From the human T2T-CHM13v2.0 reference genome, Homo sapiens: a stretch of DNA of 64,000 nucleotides. Below are positions 59,751 through 64,000 of this stretch, piece after piece. Within the stretch, counting starts at the first letter, position 1. Each line of letters begins with the position of its first letter. A program made the translations under genes and the position numbers. The notes beneath the pieces are model-generated. The model saw nothing but the letters and a program-made list of their open reading frames with translations. It ran no database searches and was not told the DNA's origin. The DNA lies in the NCBI RefSeq assembly GCF_009914755.1, contig NC_060925.1, one strand, 5' to 3'.

Positions 59751-61005
59751 GGTGCTGGTCTGGATGGATGGTGGGGTGCTGGTCTGGATGGTGGGGTGCT
59801 GGTCTGGATGGATGGTGGGTGCTGGTCTGGATGGTGGGGTGCTGGTTTGGATGGTGGGGTGCTGGTCTGGATGGATGGTGGGTGCTGGTCTGGATGGTGG
59901 GGTGCTGGTTTGGATGGTGGGTGCTGGTCTGGATGGTGTGGTGCTGGTCTGGATAGTGGGTGCTGGTCTGGATGGTGGGGTGCTGGTGTGGATGGTGGGT
60001 GCTGGTCTGGATGGTGGGGGTGCTGGTCTGGATGGTGGGGTGCTGGTCTGGATGGTGGGTGCTGGTCTGGATGGTGGGGTGCTGGTCTGGATGGATGGTG
60101 GCGTGCTGGCCTGGATGGTGGGGTGCTGGTCTGGATGGATGGTGGGTGCTGGTCTGGATGGTGGGGTGCTGGTCTGGATGGTGGGTGCTGGTCTGGATGG
60201 TGTGGTGCTGGTCTGGATGGTGTGGGTGCTGGTCTGGATGGTGGGGTGCTGGTGTGGATGGTGTGGTGCTGGTCTGGATGGTGGGGTGCTGGTATGAATG
60301 GTGGGGGTGCTGGTGTGGATGGTGGGTGCTGGTCTGGATGGTGGGGTGCTGGTCTGGATGGTGTGGATGCTGGTCTGGATGGTGGGGTGCTGGTGTGGAT
60401 GGTGGGTGCTGGTGTGGATGGTGGGGTGCTGGTCTGGATGGTGGGGTGCTGGTGTGGATGGTGGGTGCTGGTGTGGATGGTGGGGTGCTGGTGTGGATGG
60501 TGGGCGTGCTGGTCTGGATGGTGGGATGCTGGTGTGGATGGTGGGTGCTGGTGTGGATGGTGGGGTGCTGGTCTGGATGGTGGGGTGCTGGTGTGGATGG
60601 TGGGTGCTGGTGTGGATGGTGGGGTGCTGGTCTGGATGGTGGGGTGCTGTCTGGATGGATTTTGGGGTGCTGGTGTGGATGGTGGGGTGCTGGTCTGGAT
60701 GGTGAGGTGCTGGTCTGGATGGCGGGTGCTGGTGTGGATGGTGGGGTGCTGGTCTGGATGGATTTTGGGGTGCTGGTGTGGATGGTGGGGTGCTGGTCTG
60801 GATGGTGGGGTGCTGGTCTGGATGGTGGGTGCTGGTGTGGATGGTGGGGTGCTGGTGTGGATGGTGGGGGTGCTGGTGTGGATGGTGGGGTGCTGGTCTG
60901 GATGGATTTTGGGGTTCTCGTCTGGATGGTGGGGTTCTGGTCTGGATGGTGGGGTGCTGGTCTGGATGGTGGGGTGCTGGTCTGGATGGTGGGGTGCTGG
61001 TCTGG
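59751..61005. repeat. Large G/T-rich minisatellite, 19-24-bp units, roughly 60 copies
   Basis: Unit GGTGCTGGTSTGGATGGTG(G); variants carry an extra GGAT or GGATTTT. Confidence 0.97.
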
Positions 61006-64000
61006 GGGACAGCCTTGGTGGTCTGCTTGGGTTTTCCTTCTCTCCCCTCTAACATGGTGGCTCAGATGTGGCCTCTGGTGCCTCCCGGATTATTCCTGGG
61101 GGCTGGTGTTCCATCCAAAGGGCCCCAGCTTAAGTCATGGGAAAAAAGACGGTGACAGCCAGCAGCAGAGAGCCAGGGGCCTTGAGCAGGCTTGTTTCTT
61201 GCTTTGGGAGGTTCTTGGTTTCTGAGTGGGTGAGGGGCTCCTTAGCTCTCTCTGCCCCTCCCCATCAGGCTCCACTTCTGGCTCAGGGGCTACCCCTGCC
61301 TCGTGGTGACATCTGTGTTCCTGGTGCATCCGCCCAGCCCCAGGGATTTTGTTAACTGAGGGTATTGGTCACCAGTGCGTTCCTGCGTCCTTTCCTCACT
61401 GCCAGGCCCCACCAGAGGGGAGGGTGGGGCCACCTCTTCCTCCCAGCCCTGGGTGTCCCCACCCTGGCCCCTGCCTCACAGGACTGTGACTGCCTGGCCA
61501 CTGTTTACCTCTCTGCTGGACTGAGACCCCTGCCCCAGAGGTTACCAAGGGACCCCCAGGCCTGAACAAGCTGGGCCCCAAGGGGAGGTGAGGGGCTGGG
61601 GGTATGTTCCTCAAAGGAGGGCACACGGACAGGAGGGGGACGGGGGCTGGGGGTCAAGGACACGGGGCCCTCCCCAGGCTCGCTGGCAGCCCATTGTGCT
61701 GGGCTGGAAGGTCTCCCAACCTGAGGACACCTAGGGGCAAGGGAGCCACTGGCCTGAGCCTGAGATCTCTGAGCGGGGGCAGGCAGCCCTCGCCATGCCA
61801 AGGGCATCCCTAATCCACCCCTACACACCAGCGGAAGCCACTGGCAGTGAGGGCCCAGGGCCACCAAGCAGGGCTGGGGCAGGAAAGACCAGCAGGTGCA
61901 GCTGAGGGAAAGGGGGAAGTCACTGGGCTGGGGGCCGGGGCCGCTCACTCTGGCCTCCTCTGAGGGGTCCACTGGGGTTCCGGCTCCTCAGACCCTGGCT
62001 CTGCAGTCTCAGGGCCAACTTCCCGCTTGGAGAAAGGGCAGCGCTTGTCCGGGGACCCACCACATCCATCCTCGTAGGGGGCTGTCTCCACCCAGGGTCC
62101 CCCCCCCACCCCCTCATTCCTCCCAGTGGTGAAAGGACAGTGAAGGAGGAGGGCAGCCCAGGAGTGGACATGGAGTGACCAGGAGCTTCCTGGGGGGTCC
62201 GGGAGGTGGGGCACACCCTATCGCACACCAGGCCTGCGGGCCTCGATGGGGCAGCAAGATGAGCCCCGGGCCCGCACTGTGTGTGTCAGGGTGCGTGTCA
62301 TGCGCGGAGCCTGGCAGCATCCACTCGTGCCTGAGCCGGGCTCCTGTTAGGGGTGCCTGTAGGTCTGGCTGTGTTCAGGAGCCAAGGAGGCGGCCTCTCA
62401 CTTCCCACTGCCCATCAGGGCTCTGCAGTCCAGGTCTGGCAGCAGCCTCCCCACCCCATGCCCACACACGGTGTCTTGAAAGCCTCTCGGCCCCTGACTG
62501 CCGGCTCTGTGCGCACAAACGCTTCACGCCCCATTTCCAGCAGCTCTCAGCAACTTTGGCGTGGGGGTGTGCTGGTGCCTGGCCACTCCCATCGTGAATG
62601 GGGACACACCTGCCGCATCCCTTCCATACTAGTGACTGGACCTGCTCTGGGCAACAGCGGCCAGCAGAGACATCCACCCCAGCTCTGTCTGCTGGCCTGA
62701 GGCTGGGCTGTGTGTTGGGCCTCTGAGGACACGGCCTTCCCGCCTCCTTCCTGAGAATGGCTCCTGTCTCCAGGAGGAGGCCTTGGGCATTAGGGGCAGG
62801 GCCAGCCTCCTGCTTCCACCTCTGTGTGCTCAGCCTCTGCCAGACATGGGCTATACCTGGGGTGCAGGGTCCAAGCTCCAGGATCCCCGAGATTCTCAGT
62901 GGGAAGAGGGACCCAAGCTGGCCGAGAAGGGCACAGGCTCTGTCGCGTGGGACCGGGCCCCTCAGAGCCCCTGTGGGGAGGAGGAACTCCTCAGAGCTGA
63001 GCTGTCCCAGCCTCAGCGCGTCTTTCCCGGGTGGACCTGGCGGTGTCCGGCGAGCCCCACTCAGCCCTTCGCAGGCAGACTTGGCAGGCACCCTGGGCCT
63101 GGTCCCACTCTCACCAAATAGCATTTTGATGAGTTAAGTGTGAGAGAATTAAAAACAACCCGATTAAATTTCCTTTATAAATACACGTGGGTTTGGAAAT
63201 CAAGGGGAAAAGCGGCTTTGGGCTCATAAAACGCTGCGTACGCTTTCCCTGCAAGTGTGAGGGAAGGTGCCTGGCAGGTCCTCGGCACGGGACTCCCTGC
63301 TGAACCGAGCTGAGCCAGCCCAGGCCATGACCCATGCAGGCTCTCACCCTGCTCCCAGCCCCAGTTCCTAGCTTGGACAGCGTAGACGCAGGTCCATGCA
63401 GGTGCACACCCTGCCCATGCCCTGTAACCCCGAGCACCACCAGTACGATGCCAGTGCCTGCGGCACCGACCTGCCTACAATTATCTCATCCTCATGACCG
63501 TCTGCCATGTCAGCCGTGCTGTGACTGCCCCCACCGCGCAGGCAGCGGGAGTTGCCCAGGTGGCTGGGTTAGTGGCAGGGCTGCCCTCCTCACCAGGCAC
63601 ACGGCCTCTGTCGCCCTTCCTGCTATCGAAGTTGTCGCTCAGGCACTTGGGAGCAGCCTGGCCTGCAGTGGGGGAGCCCAGGTCCTAAGCCCCTTGCCCG
63701 TGGGTCTGAGCTCCAAGGGAGGGAAGGGGGGCAGCTGGGCCCATGTGGTGGGGAAGGGGTCCAGGCAGTGGAACGTTTGAGGTCATTGGAAATGCAAACA
63801 GAATCATTAACAGCTTCCAAAAATAACCCAGCAAGAGTGAGATTCCCAGGAGGCTCTGCCAAGCAGCGGAGCTTCGACTAGGGGGGTACCTCTAAGGGAG
63901 CCGGTGGCCAGCAGGTCCGGGGCTGCCCGGCTGGCGGCAGCTGGGGGTGGGGGCGGGGGGGCTCCAGCGGGTGCTCCTCAGGTGACTTGGGCTTTGCCTG

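Noticed and set aside
59472-61225. 526-, 452- and 421-aa Gly/Trp- or Pro-rich ORFs
   Set aside because: They are VNTR translations whose unit lengths are often not multiples of three. Chi (GCTGGTGG) was also considered, but the units read GCTGGTCT/GCTGGTGT.
1-64000. Assigning a specific chromosome locus or neighbouring gene
   Set aside because: No exon I recognise with confidence. Mixed LTR orientation suggests intergenic DNA, but only a genome alignment can place it.

Overview
Primate (human-like) nuclear DNA: GC-rich, Alu-poor and apparently intergenic, with a minisatellite density typical of distal chromosome arms. I cannot name the locus from sequence alone. I found no credible protein-coding gene; every long ORF in the track comes from a tandem repeat, low-complexity DNA or a decayed retroelement. 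Interspersed repeats include about nine MLT1 (MaLR) solo LTRs or fragments, and a full-length THE1C-type provirus (37917-40238, perfect GTAAC target-site duplication) nested in an old L1. There are also four Alus, MER53/MER58B/MER105-like DNA transposons, and MIR, L2, L1MB and HAL1-like fragments. Subfamily names come from my recall of consensus sequences and need RepeatMasker confirmation. The most interesting signals are: (1) an immunoglobulin-switch-like GAGCT/GGGCT array bracketed by splice sites (9.0-10.5 kb); (2) a 35-bp VNTR that multiplies a DR0/NR5A nuclear-receptor element resembling the POU5F1 promoter element (43.85-44.25 kb); (3) a 22-bp VNTR that multiplies a consensus 5' splice site eight times (57.9 kb); (4) young templated insertions copied 1.8 kb and 19.5 kb into old LINEs; (5) several AT-rich, motif-dense islands that look like developmental enhancers. 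All functional claims are hypotheses.
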